Part shown: in pieces, positions 27,612-36,757 of the stretch
Position numbering within the stretch: the stretch's first letter is position 1
Layout of the letters: each line of letters opens with the position of its first letter
Source: Thermoplasmatota archaeon
GTDB lineage: Archaea > Thermoplasmatota > JAKEGO01
Direction: 5' to 3'
Assembly (NCBI GenBank): GCA_028279595.1
Contig: JANQNK010000003.1
Span: 128,001-192,000 of the forward strand
Length of the DNA stretch: 64,000 nt
Position numbers and translations under genes: made by a program
Notes under the pieces: generated by a model
Database searches by the model: none
The model's input: the letters and a program-made list of their open reading frames with translations, nothing else
What the model was told of the DNA's origin: nothing

Positions 27612-28688
27612 TCAAACGGTGAACGCCAGTACGACCGCTGCTGCTCCCGATATCGCGTAAAGCCCCAGCAGTCTCCTGACAAGCTGTTTCTCGGTCATCG
27701 GCTTCTTGCTGAGGAGGAGATAGGCGAGGGTGTACCTCTCGGCACCCTTCGGAGGTTTCAATCTCCCGTCCTTCAGTATGGTCGGGTTCATGCACGCGTC
27801 CCGACGTTCGATCCGCTTGGCCGAGTAGAATACCGTCGCGGCCATCTCGTAGAAGGCAGGAGCAATGCAGACAACAGCGAATATCTGGATGTTCCCCAGT
27901 ATGGCGGCAGCACCGATGACGGCTCCCATCCCGAGGGTCCCGGTATCACCCACGAAGACCTTCGCGGGGGTCCGATTGTACATGTAGAGGGCCATGGAGC
28001 CGCCGAAAAGGGCCGTGAGGATGATTATAGAGTGAGTGCCGGAATGCACCATGTTAGGCGCCTCGGTATCCTGTATGCCGGCGGCGAGCCCGACCAGTAC
28101 GAGGAAGAAGGAGACCACGGCCACCTCGCCGCTCTCGAGGCCGTTGTAACCTGCCGAGAGGTTTATCGCGTTGGCTGCGCCGGTTATTCCGATCGGGACC
28201 AGGATCATCCAGTAGAACATGTAGACGCTGAATCCGTCATCGAAGTTCCAGATCCACCCGCCGGGGAACCATATCTCAGCCCTCACGGCGTTGTGTGCGA
28301 TTATCAGCGGAAGGCTGGCGAAGATGACCAGGATGGCCTTCTCGCGCCTCTTCAGGACCGCTATGTCGTCAAAGATACCAATGGTCGCCGCGACGAAGAA
28401 AACGCCGATTATTGCGAGGGCGGGCACCTCGGAATCGTCGCCGATGAGCTTGCGGATACCAACTGCGATCGTCATCGTTATGGCGAAGCCGAAGACCACC
28501 GCGATACCGCCCATCTCCGCTACCTCGCGGTCCTCGAGCTTGTTGACGTCGTGGCCGCACATCCCGGCCTTCTCCATCTTGCGTATGATCCAGGGTATCA
28601 CGAGAAAAGTTATCGAGAACGAGAGGACTAGAACCATGATTATGGCTGCGTATAGGTCGTCGATAGCCGGAAAGGCCGATCCCATCAT
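27612..28688 (-). CDS. MraY/AglH-like polyprenyl-phosphate GlcNAc-1-phosphotransferase
   Basis: G.DVNK, EMGG, GIFDD, NAINLSAGYNGLE, PAKVFVGDTG. Confidence 0.9.
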   Translation of the reverse strand: MMGSAFPAIDDLYAAIIMVLVLSFSITFLVIPWIIRKMEKAGMCGHDVNKLEDREVAEMGGIAVVFGFAITMTIAVGIRKLIGDDSEVPALAIIGVFFVAATIGIFDDIAVLKRREKAILVIFASLPLIIAHNAVRAEIWFPGGWIWNFDDGFSVYMFYWMILVPIGITGAANAINLSAGYNGLESGEVAVVSFFLVLVGLAAGIQDTEAPNMVHSGTHSIIILTALFGGSMALYMYNRTPAKVFVGDTGTLGMGAVIGAAAILGNIQIFAVVCIAPAFYEMAATVFYSAKRIERRDACMNPTILKDGRLKPPKGAERYTLAYLLLSKKPMTEKQLVRRLLGLYAISGAAAVVLAFTV

Positions 28689-28743
28689 CCCACCTGTCCG
28701 TTCCGGTAATGGGACAACACGTATTTAAACGCTTTATCGAGGC

Positions 28744-30357
28744 TCAGAATTCATGCGCATTGAAGGTCTTGGTGACCGGCGGGTCGACAAGGCCCTCGAG
28801 CTCCCGGACCACCTCGCTCGCCCCGTAGTTGCCAAGCCCCCAGATGTCGTAGTACATGTACATGTAGTAGGTGTGGGACAACGACACCGAGTTGTCCTGC
28901 CACAGCACCATCCTCTCGTGTCCGGACGCGTTGACCATCCAGTCCACGTCAGTGGCCTCGTCGTACTGGTAGAGGTAGGCGTAGAAGTTCCATGCGTTAT
29001 CGTGATGCAGGACCCCGGCGTACCTCCCAGCCCACGGCTCGTCGGGGAGAGGAAGCTCATTCAGCCTGGACCCTGTGATCACATGTGCCACATCGCCCGA
29101 GACCAATCTGTTCCGCGCCCCCGTCGAGTACCTGGCTCCGCCCATGTATCCGAGCTGTTCGGTCCTGAAGGAGACCGCGGAACGGTCGGTCCCCACCGAC
29201 CAGGTGTCCTCGATCTCGACCAGGCCGCTGTTCTCGTAGAACTTCCATGACCTGGTGAGACCGCCCTTCGTGGTCTCGACCTCGGCGTAGACCGTGCTGT
29301 TGTACAGTATGGTCCATGTGTCCCATCCACCCTGCAGCGTGGACGCGTTGTTGAAGGTGAAAGACCAGCTCGGGCTTCCCGCCCCGATCTCCGTCCCGGC
29401 GATCCTGAAGTAGGAGCCGTTGAGGACGTCCATGGTGAACATCCCGTTGTCCACCCATCCGTCGTCGGTCACCATGAGGTCGCCGTCCGGCGAGATGTCG
29501 GTGCTCGGTCCGCCGACGAGGTCGAAGTATATGTAGAACCACCTGTACGTATCGGCCTCATTGCTCCCGTTGACCAACCAGACGATCTCCCCCGAATGCT
29601 GGTCGCCGATGTAAGCGTGAGGGTGTACGTACTTGAGGATGCCGGCCGGACTGGTCCTTTCTATCGTGGCATTGTGCTCCGCGATGGTTATCGTGGAAAG
29701 GTCCACCTGGTTCGTGGTCGGGTCCATTCCCAGCCTCTCGAGCTCCTCATCGAAATCGACCCTGACCCTGATCGGATGCTCCCTCCTTGCCAGATCGCCG
29801 GTGTTGAAGGCTACGGGTATCCTGAACCCGTACGACACGCTCGAGCCAGTGATGGCACCGAACGCCGCCCCGTCGGGCCAGGGATCGGATATCATGTCGA
29901 TGATGGTGAGCGTGTAGGGTGAAGTCATCGTATTGACGCCGTCGTCGACCACTATGGTGACGTTGACCTCGACGAGATGCCTGTCCTGTTCATCCACCGG
30001 AATGGTATCCTGGTTCTGTCTGAAGACGTCGCTTACCTCGTCGAAGTCGAGCAGATCGTACATCACCCCGTGCGGGGCATAGACGTCCGATATCTCATCG
30101 ACGGTCTCGTACAGATTGGCCCTGATGTTCGCTGGTGCCCTTCCCGATTGGTAGATGAGCTCCGAGTTGACCTTCCACTCGAGCGCCTCCCCGAAGACAT
30201 CCGGATTGCCGGTGAGGTCCCCTGAGCTAGCCGAAGTGTAGGACCTGCTCTTCTTGGTGTAGTTGAGGAACGTGGCGTTCGAACCGATGGCCATCAACGT
30301 GAACGCGAGCACGACGCCCATCGCGATGATCAGCTGGGCCCTCTCGTCGCGCTTCAA
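28744..30357 (-). CDS. Large pilin-like/adhesin protein with class III signal peptide
   Basis: KRDERAQ|LIIAMGVVLAFTL; TTG start overlapping upstream stop; in pilus operon. Confidence 0.75.
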   Translation of the reverse strand: MKRDERAQLIIAMGVVLAFTLMAIGSNATFLNYTKKSRSYTSASSGDLTGNPDVFGEALEWKVNSELIYQSGRAPANIRANLYETVDEISDVYAPHGVMYDLLDFDEVSDVFRQNQDTIPVDEQDRHLVEVNVTIVVDDGVNTMTSPYTLTIIDMISDPWPDGAAFGAITGSSVSYGFRIPVAFNTGDLARREHPIRVRVDFDEELERLGMDPTTNQVDLSTITIAEHNATIERTSPAGILKYVHPHAYIGDQHSGEIVWLVNGSNEADTYRWFYIYFDLVGGPSTDISPDGDLMVTDDGWVDNGMFTMDVLNGSYFRIAGTEIGAGSPSWSFTFNNASTLQGGWDTWTILYNSTVYAEVETTKGGLTRSWKFYENSGLVEIEDTWSVGTDRSAVSFRTEQLGYMGGARYSTGARNRLVSGDVAHVITGSRLNELPLPDEPWAGRYAGVLHHDNAWNFYAYLYQYDEATDVDWMVNASGHERMVLWQDNSVSLSHTYYMYMYYDIWGLGNYGASEVVRELEGLVDPPVTKTFNAHEF

Positions 30358-30869
30358 CGCATCTCCCTCCATACCAGGAGCTGAACCTGGAACACGCTCC
30401 CAGTGAATGGCCATGAGGCAGGGGTATGCCTGAGATGGACCAGTCTTGTCGCGGTCACGGCATCACGGATCGGCTCTTCCACCTCCCCCAGGGGATGGCT
30501 GATGAAACCGTTCGAGATGTACAGATTGTAGGAATAAAGGTTCGGAAGGCGCGCCGATACGTTCTCACGCAACTCGTCGACCATACCCTCGGAGAGAAGC
30601 ATCTCGAGCCTGCTCTGGTAACCGTCCATCGGGTCGTCCGGCCTGTCCTGGTCGATGGTCCTCAGGACGTCCTCCCCGAGGTACTCCATCTCACGCAGGT
30701 CGATGCTCTCCGCCTCTGTAGCGAGGTGGCTGGATAGAAGCGCCTGGATGGCCGCGGTCACGAGGATCGATGCTGTGACCACCTCCATCACGTGGACCTG
30801 TGCCCTCTTGTCGAGGCGGAATCTTCGGAACGACCGCACGCGCTCAATCCTCACTATCAATCCGTTCAT
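30354..30869 (-). CDS. Minor pilin-like protein
   Basis: DKRAQ|VHVMEVVTASILV class III signal; in pilus operon. Confidence 0.75.
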   Translation of the reverse strand: MNGLIVRIERVRSFRRFRLDKRAQVHVMEVVTASILVTAAIQALLSSHLATEAESIDLREMEYLGEDVLRTIDQDRPDDPMDGYQSRLEMLLSEGMVDELRENVSARLPNLYSYNLYISNGFISHPLGEVEEPIRDAVTATRLVHLRHTPASWPFTGSVFQVQLLVWREMR

Positions 30870-30879
30870 TCTCTGCCCA

Positions 30880-32046
30880 CTAGCCGATGAGGCCAGGGAA
30901 CACTATCACCTTGAAGGCGAGCCATGTCATCAAGGTCATGACGACCGCGTGCTTGAAGCCCGCTGGAATGTTGCCTTCGGACATGACACCTCCCATCATA
31001 CCGTTCCCTATTGCTTGGATGAGCGTCGATGTCCAGTATATGAAGTCGATCTGCCACGGGTCGATGTCCTTGACCTCGATGGAACCGATCCCGCCTCCTC
31101 CGGTCCCCGAATCGGCATCCGCCCCCGAGGAGACGTTCGATTCCGAGATGGCGGGCAGGAATATGGCCGATATGATGACGATGACGGCCAGGTAGACGGC
31201 GAACGAGACATAGATGACGATGTTGTACATCCCGAGCTCCCTCTTCCTGTCGTCCTTGAGGAAGCGGATCTCCCGGGCGTCGGCCGCTGCGGTCAGGAGG
31301 ATGTCACTGATCTTGCCGCCTGCCTTGTTGGCCTCGGCGACCATCATGACGGTCCGCTCGACCAGCGGGGTCTGCACCCTGTCCGCGAACAGTCTGAGGA
31401 CGTCCTCGAAGGCTATGCCCCACGAGATCTGGGTGGCCATCACCCTCACGTCCTTGTTCAGGGCCCCGTACTCTCCTCTCGAGATCGTGTCGATGGCGGT
31501 GGTCATGCTGAGACCACCCTTCCAGTATTCGGCAAGGTCCTTGATGAAGTCGGGGAACTTGTCCTCGATCCTTTCAAGGCGACGCAACTTGATGCCCTCG
31601 TAGATAGCGAACGGGAGCAGGAGTGTGATGATCGCTAGGGGAAGGTAGTCCATCCAGTTGATGTAGAGCGTGTCGACCTCCTCGTAACTCCAACCGTCTT
31701 CTCTGTCCTCCATGTCCGGAGTGTCGATATTGTCCCGTTGGTCCTTGATCGTGTTCGGGTCGTTGTCCTTCTTGACGGTCACCGGATTCCCGAGTTTGAT
31801 GGTGAACGGACCGTCGCAGATGACCTCCGGATTGTCGTCGATGCCGTCGAGGTCGCGGTCCTCGGGCATCGTCTTCATGTCCTCGGTGTAATCGACGATG
31901 AAGAGGTACATGAACAGTATGCAGAAGATCGCCGACGCTGCGAGGATGTAGTATCCGGTGTAGTCACCCACGCCGTGAGGCCTGAGCCTGGCTATCCTCA
32001 CGCGACGTTTCTTCATTCCTGGTATGGAATCTGGTGATCCGGCCAT
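30880..32046 (-). CDS. Type IV pilus platform protein (T2SSF/TadC-like)
   Basis: FPDFIKDLAE..KGG, GEYGAL, AGG.I.DIL. Confidence 0.9.
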   Translation of the reverse strand: MAGSPDSIPGMKKRRVRIARLRPHGVGDYTGYYILAASAIFCILFMYLFIVDYTEDMKTMPEDRDLDGIDDNPEVICDGPFTIKLGNPVTVKKDNDPNTIKDQRDNIDTPDMEDREDGWSYEEVDTLYINWMDYLPLAIITLLLPFAIYEGIKLRRLERIEDKFPDFIKDLAEYWKGGLSMTTAIDTISRGEYGALNKDVRVMATQISWGIAFEDVLRLFADRVQTPLVERTVMMVAEANKAGGKISDILLTAAADAREIRFLKDDRKRELGMYNIVIYVSFAVYLAVIVIISAIFLPAISESNVSSGADADSGTGGGGIGSIEVKDIDPWQIDFIYWTSTLIQAIGNGMMGGVMSEGNIPAGFKHAVVMTLMTWLAFKVIVFPGLIG

Positions 32047-32048
32047 CG

Positions 32049-32966
32049 TTACACCTTCGGGGTCGCCATCCTCACGAACGTGATGTACGCGAAATGCACC
32101 ACGGGCATCGCGATCCATGAGAACATGTACATTATCGTATCTCCTGCGCTGTATCCGGACCCGCTGATCCAGAATGTGATCGTTAGGATGATCATCAGGA
32201 ACATCGGCATCGCCACGGCAACGATGACGTAGGACTCGGCCATGAAGGCCAGCGTGTCAAGGAAGGACTTCTGTTCCCTCCTGTTCTGGAGCATGTAGTA
32301 CTCGCCCCTGTTGAGGAAGTAGAGCTTGAGGTCGCCGCCGGATGTCAGGGTTCCGACGACCCCCTGCAGGAACTCCTGCCACTGGGTGGAGGGCGACCGC
32401 TTCACCGCCCTCTTCAGGGCTGTCAGCAGGTCCGTCCCCAGGAGGGTCATGTCCCTGTAGATCCACTTAGCCTCGTCGGCGATCTCTCCGTATATGTGCT
32501 TCTGGGCAGAGAGTGACATGAAGATCTTCTGCGGGGTCGCGTTCGCGGCGGCCATCGCGGCGACGAAGTTCGCGGCGTACGGCAGGTACACCTCTATGTC
32601 GTCAGCACGGGCCTTGACCTTCATCCGCGGCCAGGCCTTGAATCCCATGAACACTATCAGCGGTATCGCCAACGAGCCCAGGGCTATCAGCTGGAATATC
32701 GGAACGAGAAGCTCCATTCCGGCCCCGGCCATTATCGGGATCAGCACGAAACCCATGAGGAAGAACATGAGGACACCGACGATCGCGGAGATGAGCGTGG
32801 CCATCCACATGGTCGCGATGTAGACCTCCGCCAGCATGGGCATGTGGCCCTTCTCCAGGTACTCCCTCAGGCTGTAGTTGCGCTCAGCCGACCTCTTGGC
32901 CATACCGTAGAACGTCTGGTATGACAGTCGCTGGAAGGGATTGAGTATATCCTTTTCGTCAGCCAT
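32049..32966 (-). CDS. Type IV pilus platform protein (T2SSF/TadB-like)
   Basis: LPYA, YGEIA.E, G.DLL.AL...SPS, SGG.L..Y, AESY. Confidence 0.9.
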   Translation of the reverse strand: MADEKDILNPFQRLSYQTFYGMAKRSAERNYSLREYLEKGHMPMLAEVYIATMWMATLISAIVGVLMFFLMGFVLIPIMAGAGMELLVPIFQLIALGSLAIPLIVFMGFKAWPRMKVKARADDIEVYLPYAANFVAAMAAANATPQKIFMSLSAQKHIYGEIADEAKWIYRDMTLLGTDLLTALKRAVKRSPSTQWQEFLQGVVGTLTSGGDLKLYFLNRGEYYMLQNRREQKSFLDTLAFMAESYVIVAVAMPMFLMIILTITFWISGSGYSAGDTIMYMFSWIAMPVVHFAYITFVRMATPKV

Positions 32967-32969
32967 TGT

Positions 32970-34742
32970 TCATCCCCACTCGACCGCGTCGGGGGCTCCC
33001 TCCGGCAGCGATGCGACCGGTTCCTCGAAGCCCTCGCCCAGCGATTCCGCCTCTTCCGCGCCCTCTAACTCCGCCGTCCTCTTCGTCCTTATCCTATCGA
33101 TTCCGAGTCGCCTCAGTACATCGTCGGGATTGACGTAGTACTCGTTGATGATCCCGGATGCTTCCCTGTAATCGTTAACGTCGTTCTCCACCATCCACTC
33201 GAGGATCCTCTGCCTGGTCTTGAGCTCGGCCGTCAGGCTCTCCTTGTCCAGGTTGGCCAGGACCATGACGTTCTCCAGCACGTAGCTCTTTCCGAAGAAC
33301 TCGTACTCGTCCTCGGCCGGGTTCCACCTGAACGCCTCGTTGGTGAGCAGCTCACCGGTGTGCGGATCGAGACCGATGACCTCGACGAGCTGCTTGCAGC
33401 GCCTGACGCGCTTCTCCTTGATCCTCGTCTGGATCTGGATGGAGCAGGCGTCCAGCGACGGCAGCATGACCCGCGGGATGTCGATCGGCTTGTTCTCGAG
33501 ACGATGGATGAGGCTTGGAACGGAATCCGCGTGCACTGTGGAATAGGTGGTGTGCCCCGTGGCCATCGCCTGGAACAACACGTATGCCTCGGGACCACGG
33601 ATCTCTCCCACGATGATGTACTCCGGCCTCTGCCTGAGGGCGGCCTTCAGGAGGTCGTACATGTCGATGGCGCCGGTCACCTTACCGGAGGCGGTGGCCT
33701 CTCCACCGAAACCCTCACGGGTACAACCCGGTACCCAGTTCGGGTGAGGAAGGTTAACCTCCCTGGTCTCCTCGATGGAGACGATCTTCACCTGGTGTGG
33801 AATGAAGAGCGAGATGGCGTTCAGGCTCGTCGTCTTTCCGGAAGCCGTACCTCCGACGAAGAGCATGGACATGCCGTACTGCACGGCCATCCAGAGATAG
33901 GCCATGAGCAGCGGCGAGAAGGTCTGGAACTTGATCAGGTCGGTCGGTGTGAACGGCTCCTCCCTGAACTTACGGATGGTGTACGTGGAACCCCTCGTCG
34001 AGATGTCCTTTCCTAGGGTCATGACGACACGGGAACCGTCCATCAGCGTGGCGTCTAGCAGGGGTTCAGCGACGGAGATGTGCTTCCCGCAACGCTGGGC
34101 CAGCCGGATGATGTAAGACTCCAGTTCGAACTCGTCGGGCCACATGATGTTGGACTCGAGGGACTCGTGCCTGCGGTGGTAGATGAAGACCGGGATCTCC
34201 GGTCCGTCGCACGAGACATCCTCGATGTTCGGGTCGGACATGAGCGGATCGATCCTACCGTATCCCAGCAGGTCCCTCCTGACGTAGTAGAAGACCTTGT
34301 CGATGGAGACCTCCCTCACGTCGTCGGTCATGTTCTTGAAGAGCCCGTAGGACTTGATGATCTTGTCAACGATGCCCCTCAGATAATCGATCGGGTCCTC
34401 CTCCAGGTCCTCGAGGCGGATGTCGAACGTCCGGACCAGGACCTCCTCGATCAGGTTGACCGCGAACTCCTCGTCCGGGTCCAGCGGAGGCTCTATGACG
34501 TAGTGATAGCGAAGGTGGTTCTCCCTGTTGAAGACGATCTTGACGTAGACGAGGTTCTCGTGGACGACGTAGGTCTCCAGGATCTCGTACATCGGCAGGC
34601 TCAGATCGGGCACCGGCGGTGCCAGTTTCGTCCTGATATCGTCCTCCTGCATGAACTTCTTGACCTGCTTCTCCGTCGACGACGCCTTGCCCTTGGGTTG
34701 AGCCTTCTCCTCCTCGGGAGTCTCATCGGCTTTCATGGCCAT
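32970..34742 (-). CDS. Type II/IV secretion ATPase (PilB/FlaI family)
   Basis: Walker A GGTASGKT, IEETRE, LRQRPEYIIVGEIRG, TGH..YST.HA. Confidence 0.96.
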   Translation of the reverse strand: MAMKADETPEEEKAQPKGKASSTEKQVKKFMQEDDIRTKLAPPVPDLSLPMYEILETYVVHENLVYVKIVFNRENHLRYHYVIEPPLDPDEEFAVNLIEEVLVRTFDIRLEDLEEDPIDYLRGIVDKIIKSYGLFKNMTDDVREVSIDKVFYYVRRDLLGYGRIDPLMSDPNIEDVSCDGPEIPVFIYHRRHESLESNIMWPDEFELESYIIRLAQRCGKHISVAEPLLDATLMDGSRVVMTLGKDISTRGSTYTIRKFREEPFTPTDLIKFQTFSPLLMAYLWMAVQYGMSMLFVGGTASGKTTSLNAISLFIPHQVKIVSIEETREVNLPHPNWVPGCTREGFGGEATASGKVTGAIDMYDLLKAALRQRPEYIIVGEIRGPEAYVLFQAMATGHTTYSTVHADSVPSLIHRLENKPIDIPRVMLPSLDACSIQIQTRIKEKRVRRCKQLVEVIGLDPHTGELLTNEAFRWNPAEDEYEFFGKSYVLENVMVLANLDKESLTAELKTRQRILEWMVENDVNDYREASGIINEYYVNPDDVLRRLGIDRIRTKRTAELEGAEEAESLGEGFEEPVASLPEGAPDAVEWG

Positions 34743-34968
34743 ACAACATCACCCCTACGCACTTGGCTCACGTCTACATGTATGCGTTCAATACTATATA
34801 TCTTTATTCGAGGGGAGGTCCAGAATACGGACGGTCAGGGCGGGACCCTGGCCATCGGAATATCGGTCGGTTTCCGGCGCCCTGAACGACCTTCCTACCG
34901 GGCACTTCGATCCCACCGGTGGCATACCGTTTTATAACCCTCTTCCGCTATGGCCGAACGGTGATCGA

Positions 34969-36480
34969 ATGGACCTCCACCTGAAAGGAAGACTGGTGCT
35001 CAGCAGGGAGACCGACATACCCGGACTAGAAGGGTTCCTGTCGGAATCGAACTCCACCGTTCTGGCCAAGGGCGCTCCAGAGGGAATGGGGGCCGAGGTC
35101 ATCTCTCATAGGCTGGAGGGCAACGAGCTCCATCTCGAGATCAGGAGCCACGAGTCCGTCAGGGCCCACGACGCCATGCTCCGTCTGAAGAACGCGTTCG
35201 CCGCCAAGTTCGGCAAGGAGTTCAAGGTCGGGGTGCGGGATATCGTCATCGACACCTATGACATTACTTTCGACATCGAGAAGGAGCCAGTGCACGACGT
35301 GAACCTGCCATTCGTGGAGAGATTGTCCTTCGAGGGTACCAAGGCGACTATCCATCTCGTGGACGTCGAGGAGGAGTTCCTGCAGGGCAATTACATCGAC
35401 AGGATGATCTCCAGGGTCCAGGAGAAGATCGAGGGGCAGTACTACGAGGGCAAGGGCGAGTTCTGGAAGGAGATGTGGACCTCGCCGGAGAAGCCCGTGA
35501 AGTGGAGCGACGACCCCACGGACGCGATGCTCGACGCCGGATGGCTGAAGCAGGGCCCCACCAAGGGGAAGTGGTTCCTCAGGCCCCAGGCCGCCGCTGT
35601 CCTGAGGGCCATGGAGCGGATCGCCGTCCAGGAGATGCTCCTGCCGCTCGGATACCAGGAGGTCATCGAGTCCCATTTCGTCTCGTTCGACATCTGGTTG
35701 AAGACCGGCCACCTCGAGGGTTCTCCGAACGAGTTCTACTACGCCTTCGAGCCCGAGACCAGGGACCCCGCCGCCTGGGAGCGGTTCAAGGACATCGTCA
35801 AGATCACGAAGAAGGTGCCGGAGGACGAGCTCCTGAAGCTCGTCAAACCTTCCAATGCCGGTCTTTGCTATGCTCAGTGTCCGGTGACCTACTGGTCGTT
35901 CCAGAACAAGACCATCGCCGACGGCTCCCTGCCTCTACTGCTCTTCGAGAGGGCCGCTAACTCCTCGAGGTACGAGTCCGGCGGCCGGCACGGCATGGAG
36001 AGGGTCGACGAGTTCCACCGGATAGAGGTGATCTTCATCGGCTACCAGGACCAGATAATGAAGGTGCGGGAGGACCTGCTCGAGAAGTACAAGTACGTCT
36101 TCAACGACGTCCTCGACCTCGAGTGGCGGATGGCCTGGGTCACACCCTTCTACATGCAGCAGGCCGGTCAGGTCGGCATCGACGACGAGGACAAGATGAT
36201 CAAGGGCACCATAGACTTCGAGGCCTTCCTACCATACCGGGGTGACAGGGATACGAGTGAATGGCTCGAGTTCCAGAACCTCTCCGTACTGGGAGACAAG
36301 TTCACGAGCGCCTTCAACATCAAGGGGCAGAAGGGAGAGGTCTGGTCGGGCTGCACCGGGATCGGCCTGGAGAGGTGGACCACAGCTTTCCTCTCCCAGC
36401 ACACCATCGACCCGGAGAACTGGCCCGAAGGGTTCAGGAAGTACCTGCCTGAACTGCCGGAAGGCTACGATCTGCTATGA
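34969..36480 (+). CDS. serS: Serine--tRNA ligase, methanogen-type (type 2)
   Basis: KGAP.G.GA, VRAHDA..RL, YAQC, RYESGG.HG.ERVDEFHRIE, WSGC. Confidence 0.94.
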   Translation: MDLHLKGRLVLSRETDIPGLEGFLSESNSTVLAKGAPEGMGAEVISHRLEGNELHLEIRSHESVRAHDAMLRLKNAFAAKFGKEFKVGVRDIVIDTYDITFDIEKEPVHDVNLPFVERLSFEGTKATIHLVDVEEEFLQGNYIDRMISRVQEKIEGQYYEGKGEFWKEMWTSPEKPVKWSDDPTDAMLDAGWLKQGPTKGKWFLRPQAAAVLRAMERIAVQEMLLPLGYQEVIESHFVSFDIWLKTGHLEGSPNEFYYAFEPETRDPAAWERFKDIVKITKKVPEDELLKLVKPSNAGLCYAQCPVTYWSFQNKTIADGSLPLLLFERAANSSRYESGGRHGMERVDEFHRIEVIFIGYQDQIMKVREDLLEKYKYVFNDVLDLEWRMAWVTPFYMQQAGQVGIDDEDKMIKGTIDFEAFLPYRGDRDTSEWLEFQNLSVLGDKFTSAFNIKGQKGEVWSGCTGIGLERWTTAFLSQHTIDPENWPEGFRKYLPELPEGYDLL

Positions 36481-36513
36481 TGGAAGGAAATACCCGGCAA
36501 GAATTCAACTGTC

Positions 36514-36720
36514 CTAGAGGTCGAAATCACTGCTGAGGAGCGAGGAAGCGCTCTTATACTCTCCGCTACGGCCCGAGTCCATCTCCTCGAAGACCTCGGG
36601 ATCGATGTCGTCCATGGATATCTGGTTCTTGCACTCGGGACAGCGTGTGAGCCTGTCCTCCAACAGCTGGAGTGCGTTGACCTCGACCATGACCTCGCAC
36701 CTTGGACATTCTATCTGCAT
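36514..36720 (-). CDS. Small zinc-ribbon protein
   Basis: CPRC...CPEC. Confidence 0.7.
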   Translation of the reverse strand: MQIECPRCEVMVEVNALQLLEDRLTRCPECKNQISMDDIDPEVFEEMDSGRSGEYKSASSLLSSDFDL

Positions 36721-36757
36721 CGGTGTTCCTCTCGCGACAATCGGACTCCCAGTTTAT

